Positions 10,798-22,034 of a stretch of DNA of 64,000 nt are shown here, piece by piece. Position numbers and translations under genes: made by a program. How positions within the stretch are numbered: position 1 is the stretch's first letter; each line of letters starts with the position of its first letter. The notes below the pieces were generated by a model, which saw only the letters and a program-made list of their open reading frames with translations, searched no databases and had not been told where the DNA came from. Origin of the DNA: Mustelus asterias (taxonomy: Eukaryota); the NCBI RefSeq assembly GCF_964213995.1, contig NW_027590123.1, positions 1,054,001 through 1,118,000 on the forward strand, read 5' to 3'.

Positions 10798-11451
10798 TTT
10801 TGCAAGTACAGATGATTGATATGCTGAAGGGCATTTTGTTTAAATTTGTTACAAAGCACGAATCGAGAAGGCAATTTACCAGCCAGTTCAACGACTATCA
10901 CAATGCACATTGCTGAACGTCTGGCACCAGATGCCTGCAACGTCAATGCTTTTCATATTTTCGCTACTCTTTAACTCCTCCGTTGAAAGAGGGAAGCAGT
11001 TGGTGTCGTACAAGAATAAATTGACTGGAGTTCGGCAAGTGCGTGCGTGCGTAAGTGCGCGCGCGTGTGTGTGTGTGTGTCTGCGTTGTGGTAGAAAAGT
11101 CTCCTGTCTTCGATCAGAGTGCTGCCAATTCTAAGGTGTAACGCACTCTGGCCTCTCGCTCCGACTTCTTGATTAAATTGGGACAGGTGAGTGACTGAAT
11201 GCCACATGTAGGTGGACCCCTTGCCCACTATGGCTTCCCTGCCTTTCAGCGCTGTGTATTCATGAGCAATTGTCCTCTGGGGCTGATGCAATGACGCCAG
11301 GAGAGTCATTCGCTGCATCATCTGCAATGTGACTGCGGTGGAATTTGCTGAAATTTCCCTGTGTTTAGATTACCACTTTTTGCGAATTTAAAATGAAATG
11401 CCCTTCAGCAAACCCAACATCGCTGCAAATAGCAGCTGGATGCTCTGTTGT

Positions 11452-11517
11452 AGGATCTCTGGTCGAATGGTGAGCATCTGAATCCAGCGAACCGAATTTA
11501 AATTTAGGCGGATCCTT
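11452..11517 (+). pseudogene. Degenerate tRNA-Gln relic with an anticodon-arm deletion
   Basis: AATGGTGAGCA-TCTGAATCCAGCGAACCGAATTTAAAT, followed by a downstream flank paralogous to 10815+ and 24905+. Confidence 0.55.
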
Positions 11518-12611
11518 GCTCTTCTTTGCCATTGTTGAGGATTGATTTGTTGAAGGACCTTTTGTTTAAATTCCTCACAAAGCAGGCATTGGGGGGACAA
11601 TTTGTCAGCCAGTTCAACTTCTATTACACTGCACATTGCTGAGCCACTGGCGACAGGTGCCTGCATCAACAATGTTTTTTTAAAAATCTTTCACTACTCG
11701 TTAACTCCTCTGTTGAAAGAAAAGAACATTTGGTGTTACACACCAACAACCATTCGACTGGAGACTGGCAATTATTGAGCAAGCGTATGTGTGTATCTGT
11801 GTGTGTGTGCGTGTGTTTGTGTGTGTGTGCCTGTGTTTATGTGTGTGTGCGCGTGTGTGCGTGTGTGCGTGTGCGCGTGTGTGTATGTCTTTTGGGAGAA
11901 AGGCCGAATGTCAAAGGTCAGAGTGCTGTCGTTTCCATGGTGTGACTCTTCGCAATCCGGACTCTCGCCATCCCACCTCTTGTTTAAATTAGGACAGATG
12001 AGTGAGTGAATGGCACCCCGAGGTGGACCCCCTCCAAAATATATATTGAATTAGGAACATATTTTGAAATGACTAATCCTCATTTTGTATTATTTCATGT
12101 CAAACAGGGTGACGCATCGTTGTATCTTATTATTAATTAAAACCTTAACCCTTTAACTACGTAAGGAGGCAAAGTTCAGTTAAAGAAAACTAATCCAAAT
12201 GGAATTAGAAAAAAACTACACTGGCGTTACGGCAAATCCCACCTCAAAGCAGAAAATATTGGAAACACTTTCTAGGTCAAGCAGCGTCTATGGAAATGGA
12301 AACAGAGTGAATGTCACTGACGTCGATCCAAACTGGAAGACATTAGAGATTTAATGGTTTACGAGCAAATGCAGAGCGAAGAAAAATACAGGGAGAGAAC
12401 TCTACTTAGGACCTTGTGATAGGATGTAAGGCTGGAGTGATTGAATGACATTGCAGATGATTGTTGTTCCCACAGACACAATCTCCCGGATCCTCGTTCA
12501 AATCTCACGCAAAATGAGAAGAAAACTTCCCGCTGAATTAAGCACAAACTCTTCGAATGCCGGGGAAGTAGAGATAGTTTTAACTCAGAAAGCAGAAACC
12601 GTGAGATTAAT

Positions 12612-12820
12612 AGGGCGGCAGGGTGGCACGCTGGTTCGCACTGCTTCATCACAGCGACACTGACCCGTGTTCGATTCCCGGCTTGACTCACTGCCCATGT
12701 GGAGTTTGCACGTTCTCCCCGTGAATGCGTGGGTTTCCTCCCACAGTCTGAAAGACGTGCTGGTTAGGTGCACTGACCCGAAAAGGCACTGGAGTGTGGC
12801 GACTGGGGAATTTCACAGTA
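12612..12820 (+). mobile_element. tRNA-derived SINE (paralog at 26390-26630)
   Basis: GGGCGGCAGGGTGGCACGCTGGTTCGCACTGCTTC head and GTGGAGTTTGCACGTTCTCCCCGTG core. Confidence 0.75.
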
Positions 12821-13411
12821 AATTGTTGTTACTCAAACCAGGTGGGGAAACAGCGTCTCAGCATGCCCGAAGTCAAACTGTCGCCCCATTTTCAGTTGTT
12901 TTAATCAGCTCACCTCTCAATTTTCTAATCTAACGAGAGAACAGTCTCATCCCACTGCATCACTCCTCCCAGAACAACTGCCTCATTATAGGATTAAATG
13001 CAGTGAACCTTTGTTCAACATCGATAGCGAGAGAATAGAGGGAGCAAAGAGCAAAAGGGGGAACAGTGATCGATGCACAGACAGAGAGACTGAAAGAGTG
13101 AAAGAGTCTGAGACAGGTTTTCAGCAACAGAGAGGGACAGAGAGTGAGGCAGACACTCACAACCCAATATACAAACAACAACTCTCTGAACCCACAAGCA
13201 TGGGATGCTCTGATTGGGTGAATAAGAATTAAGTGAATGTCCGCAAAAATTGTCACTTTTTGAAAATGTCTAGATTCTCTGTGAGTGTGCTGTGCTAACA
13301 GAAGCCTTGCAGTCAGTGCTCGGGTTATCAAGTCCGACCCCATGTGAACCAATTCCAACATATCACGGGAAATAAACAAACAGAATCCGCTCCTTGTCCA
13401 TTTCGGAACAA

Positions 13412-13501
13412 AGGCTTGCCCACAATTTGAACCCGGGACCACTCGCACGTTTGCAGATTTTAACATCCAAAGCGAGAATCACACCCCTAGTCCATCAAGC
13501 C
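13412..13501 (-). pseudogene. Intron-containing tRNA-Pro(TGG), probably a pseudogene
   Basis: Reverse complement GGCTTGATGGACTAGGGGTGTGATTCTCGCTTTGGA[TGTTAAAATCTGCAAACG]TGCGAGTGGTCCCGGGTTCAAATTGTGGGCAAGCC; 72 nt plus an 18-nt insert after position 37; T-stem mismatches. Confidence 0.8.
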
Positions 13502-14567
13502 ATCTCTCAAATAGCATGTCAACTAAATGTATTTTCACTGCCATGTAAAAGCGGATCCGACATCTGCACTGAAATGTGTTGAGGTTGGAAAAACTCAGGA
13601 AGTTAGCCGGCGTGTGTGCATATGGAAACAAAGTTAAACCTTCACCTCCATGACCTTTCATTAACATTGGGAATGTTTAGAAATAGAAGAAGTTTTTAAA
13701 AAGTGAAATCTAGCAGGGAGGAAACATAACAACATCTGGTAGCGTGGAAGCCAGGAGAAAATAAATGAGGGAAACAGAGAATGACAGAATGATTACACCA
13801 CAGAATGAGACGATTACAACGTTACTTGCACGACTCACATGTGTTGTGGGTGTAGGGGAAGCAGAGGACGTACTGTACATATACTTCAACAGAACTGCAG
13901 TGATGAGGTTGGTGGGCTTGAAAATTGAACGTTACACATCGAATCATAGGAACATGGGAATTGGAAGCAGATGCAGGCAAATTCAGCCCTTTGGTCCTGC
14001 TCCACCATTCAATCAGATCATTGTTGACCTCTCCTTGATCTGAAATCCACCTCCCCACCTGTTCTCCATATCCTTTAATGGATTTTTCTTTACCAGAACT
14101 AAATCTATCCTTTCTTGAAATCATTGAACGATTCAGATACGACCGCGCTATGGAACAGCGAGTTCCACCAATTCACCACCCTCTGCGAGCAGTAGTTCCC
14201 CCTCATCTCAGTTTTCAATGTACCGGCTCTCAAACTATAGAAGTGATCTCTTGTTCGACATTGCCCCATAGGAAGAAACGTTTCGTCTACCTTTGCTCTA
14301 TCAATCCATTTAGAGTTTTATATACCTCGATCAGATTCTCCTTCATCCTTCTAAACTTCAGCAGCTTGTGGGATTATTTCACCTCACCCTCAATTCCATG
14401 TCCCAACGAATTCAATCCGTGTTGTCATCAGCTGAAGGAGACATTTATGTTCTATCCAAACAGAACATTTTGAAGGAGAAACATGTCACAAGTGAAAAAG
14501 ATCTGAGATAGAAATAATGAGCAAGGTTCATAAGTTAAGTCAGTTTAAAAAACACAGTTCACTAGTT

Positions 14568-14636
14568 TCCCTGGTAGTTCAGTGTTTGTGTTCAACATTC
14601 CCCCAGGGATAACTTGTTTCAATTCCCGCTGAGGAA
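14568..14636 (+). pseudogene. Highly degenerate tRNA-Glu-like relic (paralog ~28418-28487)
   Basis: TCCCTGGTAGTTCAGTG...GTTTCAATTCCCGCTGAGGAA keeps Glu-like ends and a B-box remnant. Confidence 0.45.
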
Positions 14637-15560
14637 AATAAGACTACTTGCTCTCAGCAAACCATCAATAATGATCTGATTTACTCTCCGATCGAATACA
14701 GGTCTACTAGAATCAGCCGAGTGAGGTTTGCAAGTTTATATCAGAGCTGGAAATTTCACATGTGCAACACTTCAAGAATAAATACAGAAAGAGAAGGAAA
14801 GTGTAAGGCAGCAAAGTACGAACGGTTGAGACGTTTTTGCAAGGTAAAATCTGTCTGGTAATGGGTCAGATTTTACTGTTTACAGTGACACTGAATTATG
14901 AAACTGTTCCCTCACCCTGCATTGAAAAGCATTTGGAAATATTTCTGTCCGGTTCCGAACAGTCGGAAGCAAAAGTGATGAATGCAGTGGAGTGTCCGTT
15001 GTATGTTATCATTGGCTGAGCACATCACTGGTGTTGAACCACAAGTTGCCATTTTGAAGGAGAAAGCTGTTTGTGGCGAAACTGGTCTGGCGTGAAAACA
15101 AAAGCAGCGTGGATAATTTAAATTCTAAAACACGCTGTGAGCTGGTGGTTAGAGTTTGACTTTTTCGCTGCTGTTTAGATTACTGGTCTGGAACTGAAGA
15201 TTTATTGCCAGCATCCAAACTCTGAAAACAAATGTGAGTTATTGCCTGGATGAACACATAAAACATAATATGATCCTTAAGTGCAGACTCTGTGCAAATT
15301 CAACAGGAGGTTCCGTTGTCATTTCTGGCAGGAAATTGGGAAGAGACGAGCTTAAGGACAGTTTAAATGATGCCGGCCCTTCACTGCAGCTCATTGTGTC
15401 TCTGACGTGAGATGATTTCTGTTTGTTTCGCAGTTCAGACTTACCTGAATCAGAGAAGGAGCAGGCTCCTTCCTCCTGATGGCCTTTCCAAGGTCCATTG
15501 CGTTTAATGAATTTCGGTAACATTATCATTAAATAACATGATCGCGATGCGTTGCAACGT

Positions 15561-15642
15561 GGTAGCGCGGCCGAGCGGTCTAAGGCGCTGGATTAAGGCT
15601 TCAGTCTCGACGGAGGCGTGGGTTCGAATCCCACTGCTGCTA
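15561..15642 (+). tRNA. tRNA-Leu(AAG), variant (U8>C, G:U-rich acceptor stem; may be non-functional)
   Basis: 82 nt GGTAGCGCGGCCGAGCGGTCTAAGGCGCTGGATTAAGGCTTCAGTCTCGACGGAGGCGTGGGTTCGAATCCCACTGCTGCTA. Confidence 0.8.
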
Positions 15643-16267
15643 GGATTTGGCCGAACTGCTCAATTTGCATGCAAGAGTGTATGCCGTGTCGTTTCTGTCA
15701 GGAACAACGAGCAGACATATGACTAACTGAAAAAGTTGCTGGGGTAAAGCAGTGTGTGTGCAAGTGGCTCCTTTCGAGAGCATATACAGGCTGAATTTCC
15801 GACTGCGGAGTCAGGAGACATGTTGAGATGTTCCAGCATTGTCTGTTTTTGTTTCAGATTCCAGCATCCGCAGTATTTTGCTTTTACCGCCACCATTTAC
15901 ATTCCGTTTTTTTTTGTCTATCACAACTTTGTCAACTCTTACGCACGGCTCCCACCCTCACCCCCCGTATCTCCCACACTTAAAGTGTAAATCTCGTCCT
16001 CCTTTACTGTCTTCATCTTTGATGACTGACCACACAGATTTGAAATGTTGGCTCTATTCTCTCTCCAGAGATGCCGTCATGCCTGTTGAGATTTTACAGC
16101 ATTTTAAGTTTTTCTTTTAAGTTCCAGCATCGGCAGTAATTTGCTGTTGGCTGAAGGAATCATTGGTGTTCTATCAAAACATGAGGGTTTTTTTTCCGAC
16201 AATCCTTTCTTGAGTATTTGAAAAACGCTACAATGTACCAGTCAGATGAAAGCATTTTCTCCCATCT

Positions 16268-16339
16268 TCCCTGGTGGTCTAGTGGTTAGGATTTGGCGCT
16301 TTCACCGCCACGGCCCGGGTTCGATTCCCGGTCAGGGAA
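16268..16339 (+). tRNA. tRNA-Glu(TTC)
   Basis: 72 nt TCCCTGGTGGTCTAGTGGTTAGGATTTGGCGCTTTCACCGCCACGGCCCGGGTTCGATTCCCGGTCAGGGAA; stems intact; TTTT terminator at ~16346. Confidence 0.93.
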
Positions 16340-18109
16340 TGCTGATTTTATAGCTGCCGACCAGCACATGATTTAGGAGGGGCTGAAATTACTTCCTGAT
16401 CGATCACAGGAGTGATCATTGTGCCAGTTTGAGCTCCCTGGAGAAACAAAATAAACCCATTTGCACAATCCCGTCAATTGTCCCTGGCAATTTATGTTTA
16501 CATCCTCCCTTGCTTTATATCACAGAACATCCGTTTTGTTCTTTTCACAGGTTGATTCATGGCGTTACCATCAGAAAATGTTGGAAATACTCGGCAGGTC
16601 AGTTAATGTTTCGTGGCAAATGCGTGATTATTTCTGAAAGCTGAATTACTCTGAAATTGAAAACATTTGGAAATGTTTCTGTAAAGATGAAATACTGCTC
16701 ATGCTGGAACCTGAAACACAAAAAAAAGTACTTGAAAATCTCAGCAGGTCTGGCAGCATCTGTGAAGAGAAAACAGAGCCAATGTGTCGAATCAGGAAAT
16801 CTGAGGAAGGGTCATCCAGATTTGAAACGTTTGTTTCCTCACAGAGGTTGTCAATCCTGCTGAGATTTTCCACCATTTTCTATTCCTGTTTAATAAGTTT
16901 CTGCTCAGGATTGAACCAGGAAATTTGCCTGTGTACGGCGACCGTGATAAGTACCACACTACAGAAACCCTGCGATGCAATGATGTAAGGAAACTGGCTC
17001 CACAAACACGTCAATTACCGACAGGAATTTATATTTGCATTGTGTCTGCTGGTACCTCCTGTTAAAATGTTTAACGATACAATCTACTGCGTAGAATTCG
17101 TGTGATAACATGCACGACCTACCTTGCATTAAATTGATCTTTCTCTACACCCAAACTATGACTGTAACAGTACGTTCTGCACTCTCTCGTTTCCTTCTCG
17201 ATGAATGATATGCTTTGGCTGTGGAGCGCGCAAGAAAAATACTTTCCGCTGTATGCTAATGCATGTGACAATAATAAATCAAATCAAAGTTACTCCATGA
17301 AGTTAATTAATTGAACATTTAGCAGTGATGGGCTTCTATCACGCGCTTTAACTAACGCGACTGCCTTGAATTCAGGACCTGAGACTTGAATGCTGTTAGC
17401 AGAATCCATTGGTACCGGAACTGATATTGACAGTGAACAGAATCAATGAAAGAAAACTGGACTACATGTCCCATTGAGCCTCTCCACGACAAAAACAAGG
17501 CAGATCCGTAACCTCAACCCCAATTTCCCAGCTTATCCCAATAGGTCTTCATTCCCTTAGATTCCAAAATCACTCCAACTCAACCTTCAATATCCTCAGC
17601 GACTGAGGATCCACGTACCTCTGGGCAGCTGCAGAATTCGAAAGATACACAAGCGTTTGGGATAAGAAATGTCTCCTTACCTCAGTCATAAATGGCTGGC
17701 ACCTGACCCAGAGAATGTAGGTCCAGAGTGCCTGACCGAGACACTTGTCGCCATTCTAACCCACTTATCCTCACACATTTACCATGGCTCATCCATCTGA
17801 CCGACATCAACTGCACCGTGAGTGAGAGAGTGAAAGCAGAAATATGACAGTGGCGATTTTACTGAGCGCATTTTCTTTCCAATAATTGGAAAAAAAATAT
17901 TTTGTTGGATCCATATTCAGTTCATATTCAACAACGAAATACAATCTGGGAACTTTCAAGCAGTAAATTTCGATCATGTTCGACCCTGTTTCGAATCGGA
18001 CAGTCTATCCTATATGATAAGCCTCACACTATAGAAACTCTGCTCATGACCAATGTGACCGGCCTAGGATATCAAACCGTGCAGTCAGATTGCAATTTAG
18101 AACCTTGCG

Positions 18110-19345
18110 TGGGTTCTTAATTATACTGGCTGCTTTGCCGAGGCAGCGGGAAGAGCCAATGGATGGGAGGCAAGTTTGCGTGATGATCTGAGCTACGTTC
18201 ACGACCCATTGTAGTTCCTTGCGGTCCAGGGCAGAGCAGGAGCCATACCAAAATGTGATACAACCAGAAAGAATGCTTTCTATGGTGCATCTGCAAACGT
18301 AGGTGAGAGTCGTAGCTGACATGCCAAATTTCCTTAGTCTTCTGAGAAAGTAGAGGCGTTGGTTGGCTTTCTTAACTATAGTGTCAGCATGGGGGGACCA
18401 GGACAGGTTGTTAGTGATCTGGAGACCTAAAAACGTGAAGCTCTCGACCCTTTCTACTTCGTCTCCGTTGATGCAGACAGGGGCAATTTCTCCTCTACGC
18501 TTCCTGAGGTCGAGGACAATCTCATTCGTTTTGTTGACATTGAGGGAGAAATTATTGTCGCCGCGCCAATTTCACCAGCTTCTCTATCTCATTCTTGTAC
18601 TCTGTCTCCTCATTATCTGAGATCAGACCCACTACGGTGGTGTCGCCAGCAAACTTGAAAATCGAATTGGAGGGGAATTTGGCCACACAGTCATGGATAT
18701 ATCAGGACTGTAGTAGGGGGCTGAGAACACAAACTTATGGGGCACCAGTGTTGAGGATGACCGTGGAGGAGGTGCTGTTGTCTATCCTTACTGATAGTGT
18801 CCTGTGGGTTAGGAAGTTCAGGATCCAGTCGCAGAGGGAGGAGCCGAGGTCCGGGCCATGGAGTTTGGAGATGCGTTTCGTCGGAATAAGGCTGAGCTGT
18901 AGTCAATAAATAGGAGTCTGACATAGGCGTTTTTGTTATCTAGGTGTGCCAGGGTTGAGTGCAGGGCCAGGGAGATGGTGTCTGCTGTGGACCTGTTGCG
19001 GCGGTCGACGCACTGTAGTGGACCCAGGCAGCCCTGGAGGCTGGAATTGAATCGTGCTATGACTAGCCTTCGAAGCACTTCATAATGATGGATGTCAGAG
19101 CCACCAGACAGTATTCATTACGGCACGCTGCTTGGATTTTCTTTGGTCGTGGGATGATGGTTGTCTTCTTGAAGCAGAAGTAAAGAGAGTTTGAAGATGT
19201 CTGCGAATACCCCCGCCAGCTGATCCACGCAGGATCTGAGTTCACGTCCGGGTACCCCATCCGGGCCAGTCGCTTTCAGTGGGTTGAACTTCGAGAAAGC
19301 TGCTCCGACATCTGCAATGATGACCTCTGGTACAGTTTCATCCAA
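18110..19345 (-). mobile_element. Rex1/Babar-type LINE fragment, decayed
   Basis: Broken ORFs give KATGPDGVPGRELRSCVDQLAGVFADIF, TTIIPRPKK...VALTSIIMKCFE, NRSTADTISLALH...VRLLFIDYSSA and YVCRCTIESILSGCITFWYGSC. Confidence 0.85.
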
Positions 19346-20308
19346 GGCTCCCAGGGTGGAGGGAATGCATCGTTTCTGTCAAGTACTGATTACACATTCA
19401 CCGAACCAAAGATTCCCTGTTGGAAAGCGGGCGGAAGTATACTTTTAACCTCAGAGTGAGGAAATGAGCAATGATTCACGTTTATTGCTGAATATTAACT
19501 GAATACTGTATTTTATACTGTGTTACACTTCCCCTTCCCCTTCACAGTTCTGTATTCAAAGCCGACAGAACATTTTTCGCAGACTCTCCTTTCCAACTCT
19601 GAATGGTCAGAAAGCTTCCCTCAAACCTGCACAGTCCGGCTGATTGCTGTTGATTTGTTTGTGATTATTAAAGGCGAAGCCACGTTTCAGATGGGGAAAC
19701 AAACCCAACAATTATTCTCTCTTCTCCGGCTCCACATTGGAGACAGGGACAAGCAGCAGGATTTTAACCCGCAGTCTCCAATCACCCGCTGACAGCAGAA
19801 AGGAGCGAATGCAGATGCACCTGTACGTTGGTTTAAACTCAGAGTGAGAATTTATTGTTGAAAATTAACTCAACAGAGTATTTTACACTGCATGTTACAT
19901 TTCCCCATCCATCTGTGCACACACAAACACAATATTTTTCACTGACTCCCGTTTCCAGCTCTGACGGTTCAGAAAGCTTCTCCCAAACCTGCACATTCCG
20001 GATCTTCCTTGCGTTCGTTGAACAGAAGCACCGCTGATCAACATTTATTGCCCATCCCCAGTTGAGGGGCAACCACTTTGCTGTCGCTCTGGAGTCATGT
20101 GTCGGCCAGACCATCTCACAACAACAGATTTCCTTCCATTAGTGAATCATGATTTTTAGCAACAACAGATGTTGTTTGATGGCCATCAGTGGATTTTTAT
20201 TCCAATCTTATTTATTGTATTCAAACTCCACTGGCTGCACTGGCCGTCCCTCGAATATTAGCTGGTCGAGGGATCACACCACTGGACGATCGTCTCACCT
20301 AAAACAAC

Positions 20309-20403
20309 TGCTCCAGGTGAGGCTCGAACTCACAACCTCGGCAAAGCCCGCTGCCTACACTGCTGTATGAGCACCGCGCGCTAACCGATTGCGGCATTAG
20401 AGC
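20309..20403 (-). pseudogene. Intron-containing tRNA-Ile(TAT)-type gene with anticodon changed to CAT
   Basis: Reverse complement GCTCTAATGCCGCAATCGGTTAGCGCGCGGTGCTCATA[21 nt]TTGCCGAGGTTGTGAGTTCGAGCCTCACCTGGAGCA; body matches vertebrate Ile-TAT, with acceptor and D-stem mismatches. Confidence 0.8.
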
Positions 20404-20789
20404 ACTGTGTTTTGCTCATTTGTGTCAGATTATTAAAGGCTGCAGCAGCGTTACCTCCGTTAGTAACAGTTATTCGAGGCCACATTTCAGACAGGGAAAC
20501 AAATCCATCGCTGATTTTTTTCCCCCCCGGCTCCACAGTGAGTGAGACAGGGAGAAGCAGCAGGATTATATCCCGCAGTCTCCAATCGCCAGCAGAAAGC
20601 GGCGATTGCAGCTTCAGTCAGCGGGTTCCTGCCCATCCCTGGGACACATGGTCCAATTCCGTTCAAACCTCACCATAAACCGAACACAAGCTCAGCAAAA
20701 CGCAAATAGATCATGTCCGGCTCACTGCACCTTCGAGTAGCATTTACACAACACCTGAGTGATTCACAAACAAAATTCACTCCAACTTT

Positions 20790-21435
20790 CCAGAACTGTG
20801 AAGAAGGCCTATAGTGTGTTAGCTTTTATTAACAGGGGGTTGGAGTTTAAGAGCCGTGGGGTTATGCTGCAACTGTACAGGACCTTGGTGAGACCACATT
20901 TGGAATATTGTGTGCAGTTCTGGTCACCTCACTATAAGAAGGATGTGGAAGCGCTGGAAAGAGTGCAGAGGAGATTTACCAGGATGCTGCCTGGTTTGGA
21001 GGGTAGGTCATATGAGGAAAGGTTGAGGGAGCTAGGGCTGTTCTCTCTGGAGCGGAGGAGGCTGAGGGGAGACTTAATAGAGGTGTATAAAATGATGAAG
21101 GGGATAGATAGAGTGAACGTTCAAAGACTATTTCCTCGGGTGGATGAAGCTATTACAAGGGGGCATAACTATAGGGTTCGTGGTGGGAGATACAGGACGG
21201 ATATCAGAGGTAGGTTCTTTACGCAGAGAGTGGTTGGGGTGTGGAATGGACTGCCTGCAGTGATAGTGGAGTCAGACACTTTAGGAACATTTAAGCGGTT
21301 ATTGGATAGGCACATGGAGCACACCAGGATGATAGGGAGTGGGATAGCTTGATCTTGGTTTCAGATAAAGCTCGGCACAACATCGTGGGCCGAAGGGCCT
21401 GTTCTGTGCTGTACTGTTCTATGTTCTATGTTCTA
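20790..21435 (+). mobile_element. CR1/HER1-type LINE 3' fragment
   Basis: ORF 20759-21352 is nearly identical to the C-terminal part of 2122-2916; (GTTCTAT)n tail. Confidence 0.92.
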
Positions 21436-21972
21436 ACTTTTCATTGAAAAAGTCCTCCATTTGGTTGAAAAACTGAGTGTTGTGGATCTGGAAATAAGCA
21501 CCATGGGATTTGTGTTACGCAGTGACTTGTTTCCCTTGGTTAGCCCTCAGGTTTGCAATTCCATTTGTGTGACATATTGAAGCGAATCTTGTATCAAAAT
21601 TAGGAGAAAACAAGGGAAATATTAAATCTTGGAACAAATCGTGAGGGAAATGGATCAAAATATTTGGAAGGAGGTGTTATTGATGATTGAGTGGAAAACA
21701 TTGGATCGCTGGGCGACTGGTTTTCAGTTCCATTCCCTCGTGTTGAATTCCTCCCTGTGATAAGAGACATGGATTCATTTTACCTGCACGTTCATAGGAG
21801 AAAGGGAATAACCAACACGCTACTGCAGTGCTGCGGGATCAACGGAACTAAAGAGACTTGTATAGAATTGTAAACAGTGCGGTCATGCTGCAGTTCTGGA
21901 ACAGGCTTTGCAGAAATAGAATTGTGGTTATTGACACACTAGTTTAGAATACATTTAACAGTTGCGACTGCA

Positions 21973-22034
21973 GTCTCTGTGGCGCAATTGGTCAGCGCGT
22001 TCGAAGGTTGGTGGTTCGAGACCACGCAGGGACG
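21973..22034 (+). pseudogene. tRNA-Asn pseudogene lacking the anticodon loop (12-nt deletion)
   Basis: GTCTCTGTGGCGCAATTGGTCAGCGCGTTCG^AAGGTTGGTGGTTCGAGACCACGCAGGGACG; 62 nt versus 74 nt for canonical Asn-GTT. Confidence 0.85.

Larger units (their letters stand above)
7260..18107 (+). repeat. Segmental duplication block A (tRNA cluster unit), paralog of 23175-33857
   Basis: Collinear matches by eye, e.g. 8700-9300 ~ 23325-23915, 13200-15810 ~ 27100-29690, 16500-18107 ~ 32240-33857; same tRNA order Val-Gln-Pro-Leu-Glu. Confidence 0.9.
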
